The notes under the pieces: generated by a model
Database searches by the model: none
Told to the model about the DNA's origin: nothing
The model's input: the letters and a program-made list of their open reading frames with translations, nothing else
Source of the DNA: the human T2T-CHM13v2.0 reference genome, Homo sapiens
DNA: 64,000 bases
Assembly: GCF_009914755.1 (NCBI RefSeq)
Contig: NC_060939.1
Reading direction: 5' to 3' (one strand)
Shown: positions 1 through 11,495 of the stretch, in pieces
Layout: each line of letters opens with the position of its first letter
Numbering within the stretch: the first letter of the stretch is position 1
Position numbers and translations under genes: made by a program

Positions 1-50
1 TACAAAGAGGTTTCTGAGAATGCTTCTGTCTAGATTTTATATGTAGATAT

Positions 51-67
51 TCCCGTTTCCAACGAAA
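51..67 (-). promoter_or_regulatory. CENP-B box (canonical), representative
   Basis: tcccgtttccaacgaaa is the reverse complement of TTTCGTTGGAAACGGGA and matches YTTCGTTGGAARCGGGA. Confidence 0.97.
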
Positions 68-221
68 TCCTCAAAGCTATCCAAATATCAACTTGCAGAT
101 TCTACAAAAGGAATGTTTCCAAAATGCTGTATCCAAACAAAGGTTCAACTCTGTGAATTGAGGGCATACATCACAAAGAAGATTCTGAGAATGCTTCTGT
201 CTAGATTTTATATGAAAATAT

Positions 222-238
222 TCCCGTTTCCAACGAAA
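222..238 (-). promoter_or_regulatory. CENP-B box (canonical), in the monomer adjacent to the previous box
   Basis: tcccgtttccaacgaaa, 171 bp after the box at 51. Confidence 0.97.
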
Positions 239-563
239 TCCTCAAAGCTATCCAAATATCCACTTGCAAATGCCACAAAAAGAGTGTTTCCAAACTGCTC
301 TGTGAAAAGGAAGGTTCAACTCTGTTAGTTGAGTACACACATCACAAAGAGGTTTCTGAGAATGCTGCTGACTAGTTTTTATTTGAAGATATTTCCCTTT
401 TCACCTTAGGCCTAAGAGTGCTCGAAATGTCCATTTCCACATACTCCACAAAGTGTGTTTCAAACGTGCTGTATGAAAGGGAATGTTCAACTCTATGAGT
501 TGAATGCAAACATCACAAAGAAGATTCTGAGAATGCTTTTGTCTAGATTTTATATGAAGATAT

Positions 564-580
564 TCCCGTGTCCAACGAAA
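564..580 (-). promoter_or_regulatory. CENP-B box variant TTTCGTTGGACACGGGA, once per HOR
   Basis: tcccgtgtccaacgaaa retains all nine core positions of nTTCGnnnnAnnCGGGn. Confidence 0.9.
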
Positions 581-734
581 TTTTCAAAGGTCTCCAAATA
601 TCCATTTGTAGATTCTACAAAAAGAGTGTTTCCAAACTGCTGTATCAAAACAAAGGTTGAACTCTGTGAGTTGAGGACACACATCACAAATAAGTTTCTG
701 AGAATGCTTCTGTCTAGTTTTTATTTGAAGATGT

Positions 735-751
735 TTCCTTTTTCACCATAG
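735..751 (-). promoter_or_regulatory. pJalpha / A-box motif of an A-type monomer, representative (variants at 393, 1077, 1419, 1757)
   Basis: ttcctttttcaccatag is the reverse complement of CTATGGTGAAAAAGGAA, at the same monomer position as the CENP-B box (564+171). Confidence 0.85.
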
Positions 752-905
752 GCCTGAAAGCGCTCGAAATGTCCACTTCCAGATAGTACAGAAAGAGTGT
801 TTCAAACCTGCTCTATGAACGGGAATGTTCAGCTCTGTGAGTTGAATGCAAACATCACAAAGCAGGTTCTGAGAATGCTTCCGTCTAGATTTTAAATGAG
901 GATAT

Positions 906-922
906 TCCCGTTTCCAACGAAA
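906..922 (-). promoter_or_regulatory. CENP-B box (canonical)
   Basis: tcccgtttccaacgaaa, 342 bp after the box at 564. Confidence 0.97.
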
Positions 923-1247
923 TCCTCGAAGCTATCCAAATATCCACTTGCAGATTCCACAAAAAGAGTGTTTCAAAACTGCTCTGTCAAAAGATAGGTT
1001 CAACTCTGTTAGTTGAGTACACACATGGCAAACAAGATTCCGAGAATGCTTTCGTCTAGTTTTTTTGGGAAGATATTTCCTTTTTCACCGTAGGCCTCAA
1101 AGCGCTCCAAATGTCCACTTCCACATACTACAAAAAGAGTGTTTCAAACCTGCTGTATGAAAGGGAATGTTCAACTCTATGAGTTGAATGCAAACATTAC
1201 AAAGAAGTTTCTGAGAATGCTTCTGTCTAGATTTTATATGAAGGTTT

Positions 1248-1264
1248 TCCCGTTTCCAACGAAA
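1248..1264 (-). promoter_or_regulatory. CENP-B box (canonical). In S blocks the equivalent box is TTTCGTTGGAAGCGGGA, e.g. 3125-3141
   Basis: tcccgtttccaacgaaa here and tcccgcttccaacgaaa at 3125. Both match the R position of the consensus. Confidence 0.96.
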
Positions 1265-1585
1265 TTTTCAATGCTCTCAAAATATCCACTTGTAGATTCT
1301 ACAAAAAGAGTGTTTCCAAACTGCTGTGTCAAAAGAAAGGTTCAACTCTGTTAGTTGAGGACACACATCACAAATAAGTTTCTGAGAATGCTTCTGTCTA
1401 GTTCTTATTTGAAGACATTTCCTTTCTCACCTTAGGCCTGAAAACGCTCGAAATATCCACTTCCAGATACGACAGAAACAGTGATTCAAACCTGCTCTAT
1501 GAAAGGGAATGTTCAACTAGGTGACTTGAATGCAAACATCACAAAGCAGTTTCTGAGAATGCTGCTGTCTACTTTCTATTTGTAA

Positions 1586-1602
1586 TCCCGTTTCCAACGA
1601 AA
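1586..1602 (-). promoter_or_regulatory. CENP-B box (canonical) in the 167-bp short monomer
   Basis: tcccgtttccaacgaaa, 338 bp after the box at 1248 because of a 4-bp deletion just to its left. Confidence 0.96.
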
Positions 1603-1989
1603 TCCTCAGAACTATCGAAATTTCCAAATGCAGATTCCACAGAAACAGGGTTTCAAAGCTGCTCTGTAAAAAGAAAGGTTCAACTCTGTTAGTTGAATAC
1701 ACACGTCACAAACAAGTTTCTGAGAATGCTTCTGTCTAGTTTTTATGGGAAGATATTTCCTTTTTCACCGTAGGCCTCAAAGCGCTCCAAATGTCCACTT
1801 CCACATACTACAAAAAGAGTGTTTCAAACCTGCTCTATGATAGGGAATGTTGAAACCTATGAGTTGAATGCAAGCATTACAAAGAGGTTTCTGAGAATGC
1901 TTCTGTCTAGATTTTATATGTAGAGATTCCCGTTTCCAACGAAATCCTCAAAGCTATCCAAATATCAACTTGCAGATTCTACAAAAGGA

Positions 1990-4546
1990 ATGTTTCCAAA
2001 ATGCTGTATCCAAACAAAGGTTCAACTCTGTGAATTGAGGGCATACATCACAAAGAAGATTCTGAGAATGCTTCTGTCTAGATTTTATATGAAAATATTC
2101 CCGTTTCCAACGAAATCCTCAAAGCTATCCAAATATCCACTTGCAAATGCCACAAAAAGAGTGTTTCCAAACTGCTCTGTGAAAAGGAAGGTTCAACTCT
2201 GTTAGTTGAGTACACACATCACAAAGAGGTTTCTGAGAATGCTGCTGACTAGTTTTTATTTGAAGATATTTCCCTTTTCACCTTAGGCCTAAGAGTGCTC
2301 GAAATGTCCATTTCCACATACTCCACAAAGTGTGTTTCAAACGTGCTGTATGAAAGGGAATGTTCAACTCTATCAGTTGAATGCAAACATCACAAAGAAG
2401 ACTCTGAGAATGCTTTTGTCTAGATTTTATATGAAGATATTCCCGTGTCCAACGAAATTTTCAAAGGTCTCCAAATATCCATTTGTAGATTCTACAAAAA
2501 GAGTGTTTCCAAACTGCTGTATCAAAACAAAGGTTGAACTCTGTGAGTTGAGGACACACATCACAAATAAGTTTCTGAGAATGCTTCTGTCTAGTTTTTA
2601 TTTGAAGATGTTTCCTTTTTCACCATAGGCCTGAAAGCGCTCGAAATGTCCACTTCCAGATAGTACAGAAAGAGTGTTTCAAACCTGCTCTATGAACGGG
2701 AATGTTCAGCTCTGTGAGTTGAATGCAAACATCACAAAGCAGGTTCTGAGAATGCTTCCGTCTAGATTTTAAATGAGGATATTCCCGTTTCCAACGAAAT
2801 CCTCGAAGCTATCCAAATATCCACTTGCAGATTCCACAAAAAGAGTGTTTCAAAACTGCTCTGTCAAAAGATAGGTTCAACTCTGTTAGTTGAGTACACA
2901 CATGGCAAACAAGATTCCGAGAATGCTTTCGTCTAGTTTTTTTGGGAAGATATTTCCTTCTTCACCATAGGCCTCAAAGCGCTCCAAATATCCATTTCCA
3001 CATGCTATACAAAGAGTGTCTCAAACCTGCTGTATGAATGGGAATGTTCAACTCTATGAGTTGAATGCAAACATCACAAAGAAGTTTCTGAGAATGCTGC
3101 TGTCTAGATTTTATATGAAGGTTTTCCCGCTTCCAACGAAATTTTCAATGCTCTCAAAATATCCTCTTGTAGATTCTACAAAAAGAGTGTTTCCAAACTG
3201 CTGTATCAAAACAAAGGTTCATCTCTGTTAGTTGAGGACACACATCACAAATAAGTTTCTGAGAATGCTTCTGTCTAGTTCTTATTTGAAGACATTTCCT
3301 TTCTCACCTTAGGCCTGAAAGCGCTCGAAATACCCACTTCCAGATACTACAGAAACAGTGATTCAAACCTGCTCTATGAAAGGGAATGTTCAACTAGGTG
3401 ACTTGAATGCAAACATCACAAAGCAGTTTCTGAGAATGCTGCTGTCTACTTTCTATTTGTAATCCCGTTTCCAACGAAATCCTCAGAACTATCGAAATTT
3501 CCAAATGCAGATTCCACAGAAACAGGGTTTCAAAGCTGCTCTGTAAAAAGAAAGGTTCAACTCTGTTAGTTGAATACACACGTCACAAACAAGTTTCTGA
3601 GAATGCTTCTGTCTAGTTTTTATGGGAAGATATTTCCTTTTTCACCGTAGGCCTCAAAGCGCTCCAAATGTCCACTTCCACATACTACAAAAAGAGTGTT
3701 TCAAACCTGCTGTATGAAAGGGAATGTTCAACTCTATGAGTTGAATGCAAACATTACAAAGAAGTTTCTGAGAATGCTTCTGTCTAGATTTTATATGAAG
3801 GTTTTCCCGTTTCCAACGAAATTTTCAATGCTCTCAAAATATCCACTTGTAGATTCTACAAAAAGAGTGTTTCCAAACTGCTGTGTCAAAAGAAAGGTTC
3901 AACTCTGTTAGTTGAGGACACACATCACAAATAAGTTTCTGAGAATGCTTCTGTCTAGTTCTTATTTGAAGACATTTCCTTTCTCACCTTAGGCCTGAAA
4001 ACGCTCGAAATATCCACTTCCAGATACGACAGAAACAGTGATTCAAACCTGCTCTATGAAAGGGAATGTTCAACTAGGTGACTTGAATGCAAACATCACA
4101 AAGCAGTTTCTGAGAATGCTGCTGTCTACTTTCTATTTGTAATCCCGTTTCCAACGAAATCCTCAGAACTATCGAAATTTCCAATTGCAGATTCCACAAA
4201 AAGCGTGTTTCAAAGCTGCTCTGTAAAAAGAAAGGTTCAACTCTGTTAGTTGAATACACACGTCACAAACAAGTTTCTGAGAATGCTTCTGTCTAGTTTT
4301 TATGGGAAGATATTTCCTTTTTCACCGTAGGCCTCAAAGCGCTCCAAATGTCCACTTCCACATACTACAAAAAGAGTGTTTCAAACCTGCTCTATGATAG
4401 GGAATGTTGAAACCTATGAGTTGAATGCAAGCATTACAAAGAGGTTTCTGAGAATGCTTCTGTCTAGATTTTATATGTAGATATTCCCGTTTCCAACGAA
4501 ATCCTCAAAGCTATCCAAATATCAACTTGCAGATTCTACAAAAGGA
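1990..4546 (-). repeat. Representative 2557-bp 15-mer HOR (11-mer plus extra 680-bp 4-mer). Also at 20881, 27171, 46062, 52352 (2556 bp), 59321
   Basis: Marker spacing is 2557 = 1877 + 680. The 167-bp monomer (tctactttctatttgtaatcccg) occurs twice, 680 bp apart (minus-strand ORFs at 3394 and 4074). Confidence 0.95.
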
Positions 4547-7082
4547 ATGTTTCCAAAATGCTGTATCCAAACAAAGGTTCAACTCTGTGAATTGAGGACA
4601 TACATCACAAAGAAGATTCTGAGAATGCTTCTGTCTAGATTTTATATGAAAATATTCCCGTTTCCAACGAAATCCTCAAAGCTATCCAAATATCCACTTG
4701 CAAATGCCACAAAAAGAGTGTTTCCAAACTGCTCTGTGAAAAGGAAGGTTCAACTCTGTTAGTTGAGTACACACATCACAAAGAGGTTTCTGAGAATGCT
4801 GCTGACTAGTTTTTATTTGAAGATATTTCCCTTTTCACCTTAGGCCTAAGAGTGCTCGAAATGTCCATTTCCACATACTCCACAAAGTGTGTTTCAAACG
4901 TGCTGTATGAAAGGGAATGTTCAACTCTATGAGTTGAATGCAAACATCACAAAGAAGATTCTGAGAATGCTTTTGTCTAGATTTTATATGAAGATATTCC
5001 CGTGTCCAACGAAATTTTCAAAGGTCTCCAAATAAAGATTGTTTCCAAACTGCTGTATCAAAACAAAGGTTGAACTCTGTGAGTTGAGGACACACATCAC
5101 AAATAAGTTTCTGAGAATGCTTCTGTCTAGTTTTTATTTGAAGATGTTTCCTTTTTCACCATAGGCCTGAAAGCGCTCGAAATGTCCACTTCCAGATAGT
5201 ACAGAAAGAGTGTTTCAAACCTGCTCTATGAACGGGAATGTTCAGCTCTGTGAGTTGAATGCAAACATCACAAAGCAGGTTCTGAGAATGCTTCCGTCTA
5301 GATTTTAAATGAGGATATTCCCGTTTCCAACGAAATCCTCGAAGCTATCCAAATATCCACTTGCAGATTCCACAAAAAGAGTGTTTCAAAACTGCTCTGT
5401 CAAAAGATAGGTTCAACTCTGTTAGTTGAGTACACACATGGCAAACAAGATTCCGAGAATGCTTTCGTCTAGTTTTTTTGGGAAGATATTTCCTTCTTCA
5501 CCATAGGCCTCAAAGCGCTCCAAATATCCATTTCCACATGCTATACAAAGAGTGTCTCAAACCTGCTGTATGAATGGGAATGTTCAACTCTATGAGTTGA
5601 ATGCAAACATCACAAAGAAGTTTCTGAGAATGCTGCTGTCTAGATTTTATATGAAGGTTTTCCCGCTTCCAACGAAATTTTCAATGCTCTCAAAATATCC
5701 TCTTGTAGATTCTACAAAAAGAGTGTTTCCAAACTGCTGTATCAAAACAAAGGTTCATCTCTGTTAGTTGAGGACACACATCACAAATAAGTTTCTGAGA
5801 ATGCTTCTGTCTAGTTCTTATTTGAAGACATTTCCTTTCTCACCTTAGGCCTGAAAGCGCTCGAAATACCCACTTCCAGATACTACAGAAACAGTGATTC
5901 AAACCTGCTCTATGAAAGGGAATGTTCAACTATGTGACTTGAATGCAAACATCACAAAGCAGTTTCTGAGAATGCTGCTGTCTACTTTCTATTTGTAATC
6001 CCGTTTCCAACGAAATCCTCAGAACTATCGAAATTTCCAATTGCAGATTCCACAGAAACAGGGTTTCAAAGCTGCTCTGTAAAAAGAAAGGTTCAACTCT
6101 GTTAGTTGAATACACACGTCACAAACAAGTTTCTGAGAATGCTTCTGTCTAGTTTTTATGGGAAGATATTTCCTTTTTCACCGTAGGCCTCAAAGCGCTC
6201 CAAATGTCCACTTCCACATACTACAAAAAGAGTGTTTCAAACCTGCTGTATGAAAGGGAATGTTCAACTCTATGAGTTGAATGCAAACATTACAAAGAAG
6301 TTTCTGAGAATGCTTCTGTCTAGATTTTATATGAAGGTTTTCCCGTTTCCAACGAAATTTTCAATGCTCTCAAAATATCCACTTGTAGATTCTACAAAAA
6401 GAGTGTTTCCAAACTGCTGTGTCAAAAGAAAGGTTCAACTCTGTTAGTTGAGGACACACATCACAAATAAGTTTCTGAGAATGCTTCTGTCTAGTTCTTA
6501 TTTGAAGACATTTCCTTTCTCACCTTAGGCCTGAAAACGCTCGAAATATCCACTTCCAGATACGACAGAAACAGTGATTCAAACCTGCTCTATGAAAGGG
6601 AATGTTCAACTAGGTGACTTGAATGCAAACATCACAAAGCAGTTTCTGAGAATGCTGCTGTCTACTTTCTATTTGTAATCCCGTTTCCAACGAAATCCTC
6701 AGAACTATCGAAATTTCCAATTGCAGATTCCACAAAAAGCGTGTTTCAAAGCTGCTCTGTAAAAAGAAAGGTTCAACTCTGTTAGTTGAATACACACGTC
6801 ACAAACAAGTTTCTGAGAATGCTTCTGTCTAGTTTTTATGGGAAGATATTTCCTTTTTCACCGTAGGCCTCAAAGCGCTCCAAATGTCCACTTCCACATA
6901 CTACAAAAAGAGTGTTTCAAACCTGCTCTATGATAGGGAATGTTGAAACCTATGAGTTGAATGCAAGCATTACAAAGAGGTTTCTGAGAATGCTTCTGTC
7001 TAGATTTTATATGTAGATATTCCCGTTTCCAACGAAATCCTCAAAGCTATCCAAATATCAACTTGCAGATTCTACAAAAGGA
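4547..7082 (-). repeat. Representative 2536-bp 15-mer HOR with 21-bp deletion. Also at 7083, 29728, 32264, 54908
   Basis: Marker spacing is 2536 = 2557 - 21. The junction ccaaataaagattgtttcc is at ~5028-5046. Confidence 0.95.
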
Positions 7083-10000
7083 ATGTTTCCAAAATGCTGT
7101 ATCCAAACAAAGGTTCAACTCTGTGAATTGAGGACATACATCACAAAGAAGATTCTGAGAATGCTTCTGTCTAGATTTTATATGAAAATATTCCCGTTTC
7201 CAACGAAATCCTCAAAGCTATCCAAATATCCACTTGCAAATGCCACAAAAAGAGTGTTTCCAAACTGCTCTGTGAAAAGGAAGGTTCAACTCTGTTAGTT
7301 GAGTACACACATCACAAAGAGGTTTCTGAGAATGCTGCTGACTAGTTTTTATTTGAAGATATTTCCCTTTTCACCTTAGGCCTAAGAGTGCTCGAAATGT
7401 CCATTTCCACATACTCCACAAAGTGTGTTTCAAACGTGCTGTATGAAAGGGAATGTTCAACTCTATGAGTTGAATGCAAACATCACAAAGAAGATTCTGA
7501 GAATGCTTTTGTCTAGATTTTATATGAAGATATTCCCGTGTCCAACGAAATTTTCAAAGGTCTCCAAATAAAGATTGTTTCCAAACTGCTGTATCAAAAC
7601 AAAGGTTGAACTCTGTGAGTTGAGGACACACATCACAAATAAGTTTCTGAGAATGCTTCTGTCTAGTTTTTATTTGAAGATGTTTCCTTTTTCACCATAG
7701 GCCTGAAAGCGCTCGAAATGTCCACTTCCAGATAGTACAGAAAGAGTGTTTCAAACCTGCTCTATGAACGGGAATGTTCAGCTCTGTGAGTTGAATGCAA
7801 ACATCACAAAGCAGGTTCTGAGAATGCTTCCGTCTAGATTTTAAATGAGGATATTCCCGTTTCCAACGAAATCCTCGAAGCTATCCAAATATCCACTTGC
7901 AGATTCCACAAAAAGAGTGTTTCAAAACTGCTCTGTCAAAAGATAGGTTCAACTCTGTTAGTTGAGTACACACATGGCAAACAAGATTCCGAGAATGCTT
8001 TCGTCTAGTTTTTTTGGGAAGATATTTCCTTCTTCACCATAGGCCTCAAAGCGCTCCAAATATCCATTTCCACATGCTATACAAAGAGTGTCTCAAACCT
8101 GCTGTATGAATGGGAATGTTCAACTCTATGAGTTGAATGCAAACATCACAAAGAAGTTTCTGAGAATGCTGCTGTCTAGATTTTATATGAAGGTTTTCCC
8201 GCTTCCAACGAAATTTTCAATGCTCTCAAAATATCCTCTTGTAGATTCTACAAAAAGAGTGTTTCCAAACTGCTGTATCAAAACAAAGGTTCATCTCTGT
8301 TAGTTGAGGACACACATCACAAATAAGTTTCTGAGAATGCTTCTGTCTAGTTCTTATTTGAAGACATTTCCTTTCTCACCTTAGGCCTGAAAGCGCTCGA
8401 AATACCCACTTCCAGATACTACAGAAACAGTGATTCAAACCTGCTCTATGAAAGGGAATGTTCAACTATGTGACTTGAATGCAAACATCACAAAGCAGTT
8501 TCTGAGAATGCTGCTGTCTACTTTCTATTTGTAATCCCGTTTCCAACGAAATCCTCAGAACTATCGAAATTTCCAATTGCAGATTCCACAGAAACAGGGT
8601 TTCAAAGCTGCTCTGTAAAAAGAAAGGTTCAACTCTGTTAGTTGAATACACACGTCACAAACAAGTTTCTGAGAATGCTTCTGTCTAGTTTTTATGGGAA
8701 GATATTTCCTTTTTCACCGTAGGCCTCAAAGCGCTCCAAATGTCCACTTCCACATACTACAAAAAGAGTGTTTCAAACCTGCTGTATGAAAGGGAATGTT
8801 CAACTCTATGAGTTGAATGCAAACATTACAAAGAAGTTTCTGAGAATGCTTCTGTCTAGATTTTATATGAAGGTTTTCCCGTTTCCAACGAAATTTTCAA
8901 TGCTCTCAAAATATCCACTTGTAGATTCTACAAAAAGAGTGTTTCCAAACTGCTGTGTCAAAAGAAAGGTTCAACTCTGTTAGTTGAGGACACACATCAC
9001 AAATAAGTTTCTGAGAATGCTTCTGTCTAGTTCTTATTTGAAGACATTTCCTTTCTCACCTTAGGCCTGAAAACGCTCGAAATATCCACTTCCAGATACG
9101 ACAGAAACAGTGATTCAAACCTGCTCTATGAAAGGGAATGTTCAACTAGGTGACTTGAATGCAAACATCACAAAGCAGTTTCTGAGAATGCTGCTGTCTA
9201 CTTTCTATTTGTAATCCCGTTTCCAACGAAATCCTCAGAACTATCGAAATTTCCAATTGCAGATTCCACAGAAACAGGGTTTCAAAGCTGCTCTGTAAAA
9301 AGAAAGGTTCAACTCTGTTAGTTGAATACACACGTCACAAACAAGTTTCTGAGAATGCTTCTGTCTAGTTTTTATGGGAAGATATTTCCTTTTTCACCGT
9401 AGGCCTCAAAGCGCTCCAAATGTCCACTTCCACATACTACAAAAAGAGTGTTTCAAACCTACTCTATGATAGGGAATGTTGAAACCTATGAGTTGAATGC
9501 AAGCATTACAAAGTGGTTTCTGAGAATGCTTCTGTCTAGATTTTATATGTAGATATTCCCGTTTCCAACGAAATCCTCAAAGCTATCCAAATATCAACTT
9601 GCAGATTCTACAAAAGGAATGTTTCCAAAATGCTGTATCCAAACAAAGGTTCAACTCTGTGAATTGAGGGCATACATCACAAAGAAGATTCTGAGAATGC
9701 TTCTGTCTAGATTTTATATGAAAATATTCCCGTTTCCAACGAAATCCTCAAAGCTATCCAAATATCCACTTGCAAATGCCACAAAAAGAGTGTTTCCAAA
9801 CTGCTCTGTGAAAAGGAAGGTTCAACTCTGTTAGTTGAGTACACACATCACAAAGAGGTTTCTGAGAATGCTGCTGACTAGTTTTTATTTGAAGATATTT
9901 CCCTTTTCACCTTAGGCCTAAGAGTGCTCGAAATGTCCATTTCCACATACTCCACAAAGTGTGTTTCAAACGTGCTGTATGAAAGGGAATGTTCAACTCT

Positions 10001-11495
10001 ATGAGTTGAATGCAAACATCACAAAGAAGATTCTGAGAATGCTTTTGTCTAGATTTTATATGAAGATATTCCCGTGTCCAACGAAATTTTCAAAGGTCTC
10101 CAAATATCCATTTGTAGATTCTACAAAAAGAGTGTTTCCAAACTGCTGTATCAAAACAAAGGTTGAACTCTGTGAGTTGAGGACACACATCACAAATAAG
10201 TTTCTGAGAATGCTTCTGTCTAGTTTTTATTTGAAGATGTTTCCTTTTTCACCATAGGCCTGAAAGCGCTCGAAATGTCCACTTCCAGATAGTACAGAAA
10301 GAGTGTTTCAAACCTGCTCTATGAACGGGAATGTTCAGCTCTGTGAGTTGAATGCAAACATCACAAAGCAGGTTCTGAGAATGCTTCCGTCTAGATTTTA
10401 AATGAGGATATTCCCGTTTCCAACGAAATCCTCGAAGCTATCCAAATATCCACTTGCAGATTCCACAAAAAGAGTGTTTCAAAACTGCTCTGTCAAAAGA
10501 TAGGTTCAACTCTGTTAGTTGAGTACACACATGGCAAACAAGATTCCGAGAATGCTTTCGTCTAGTTTTTTTGGGAAGATATTTCCTTTTTCACCGTAGG
10601 CCTCAAAGCGCTCCAAATGTCCACTTCCACATACTACAAAAAGAGTGTTTCAAACCTGCTGTATGAAAGGGAATGTTCAACTCTATGAGTTGAATGCAAA
10701 CATTACAAAGAAGTTTCTGAGAATGCTTCTGTCTAGATTTTATATGAAGGTTTTCCCGTTTCCAACGAAATTTTCAATGCTCTCAAAATATCCACTTGTA
10801 GATTCTACAAAAAGAGTGTTTCCAAACTGCTGTGTGAAAAGAAAGGTTCAACTCTGTTAGTTGAGGACACACATCACAAATAAGTTTCTGAGAATGCTTC
10901 TGTCTAGTTCTTATTTGAAGACATTTCCTTTCTCACCTTAGGCCTGAAAACGCTCGAAATATCCACTTCCAGATACGACAGAAACAGTGATTCAAACCTG
11001 CTCTATGAAAGGGAATGTTCAACTAGGTGACTTGAATGCAAACATCACAAAGCAGTTTCTGAGAATGCTGCTGTCTACTTTCTATTTGTAATCCCGTTTC
11101 CAACGAAATCCTCAGAACTATCGAAATTTCCAATTGCAGATTCCACAAAAAGCGTGTTTCAAAGCTGCTCTGTAAAAAGAAAGGTTCAACTCTGTTAGTT
11201 GAATACGCACGTCACAAACAAGTTTCTGAGAATGCTTCTGTCTAGTTTTTATGGGAAGATATTTCCTTTTTCACCGTAGGCCTCAAAGCGCTCCAAATGT
11301 CCACTTCCACATACTACAAAAAGAGTGTTTCAAACCTGCTCTATGATAGGGAATGTTGAAACCTATGAGTTGAATGCAAGCATTACAAAGAGGTTTCTGA
11401 GAATGCTTCTGTCTAGATTTTATATGTAGATATTCCCGTTTCCAACGAAATCCTCAAAGCTATCCAAATATCAACTTGCAGATTCTACAAAAGGA

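Larger units (their letters stand above)
113..1989 (-). repeat. Representative 1877-bp 11-mer HOR, 'F-type' (carries only the second 4-mer block). F-type units start at 113, 9619, 13373, 15250, 19004, 25294, 34800, 38554, 40431, 44185, 50475, 57444, 61878
   Basis: The marker ggaatgtttccaaaatgctgtatcc recurs at 113 and 1990. 1877 = 10x171 + 167. The phase is arbitrary and set at this marker. Confidence 0.95.

Noticed and set aside
407-414. Short palindromes (taggccta, tctaga, agcgct, ttgcaa) as cruciform or terminator signals
   Set aside because: They are short, a normal part of alphoid monomers, and I saw no long inverted repeat.
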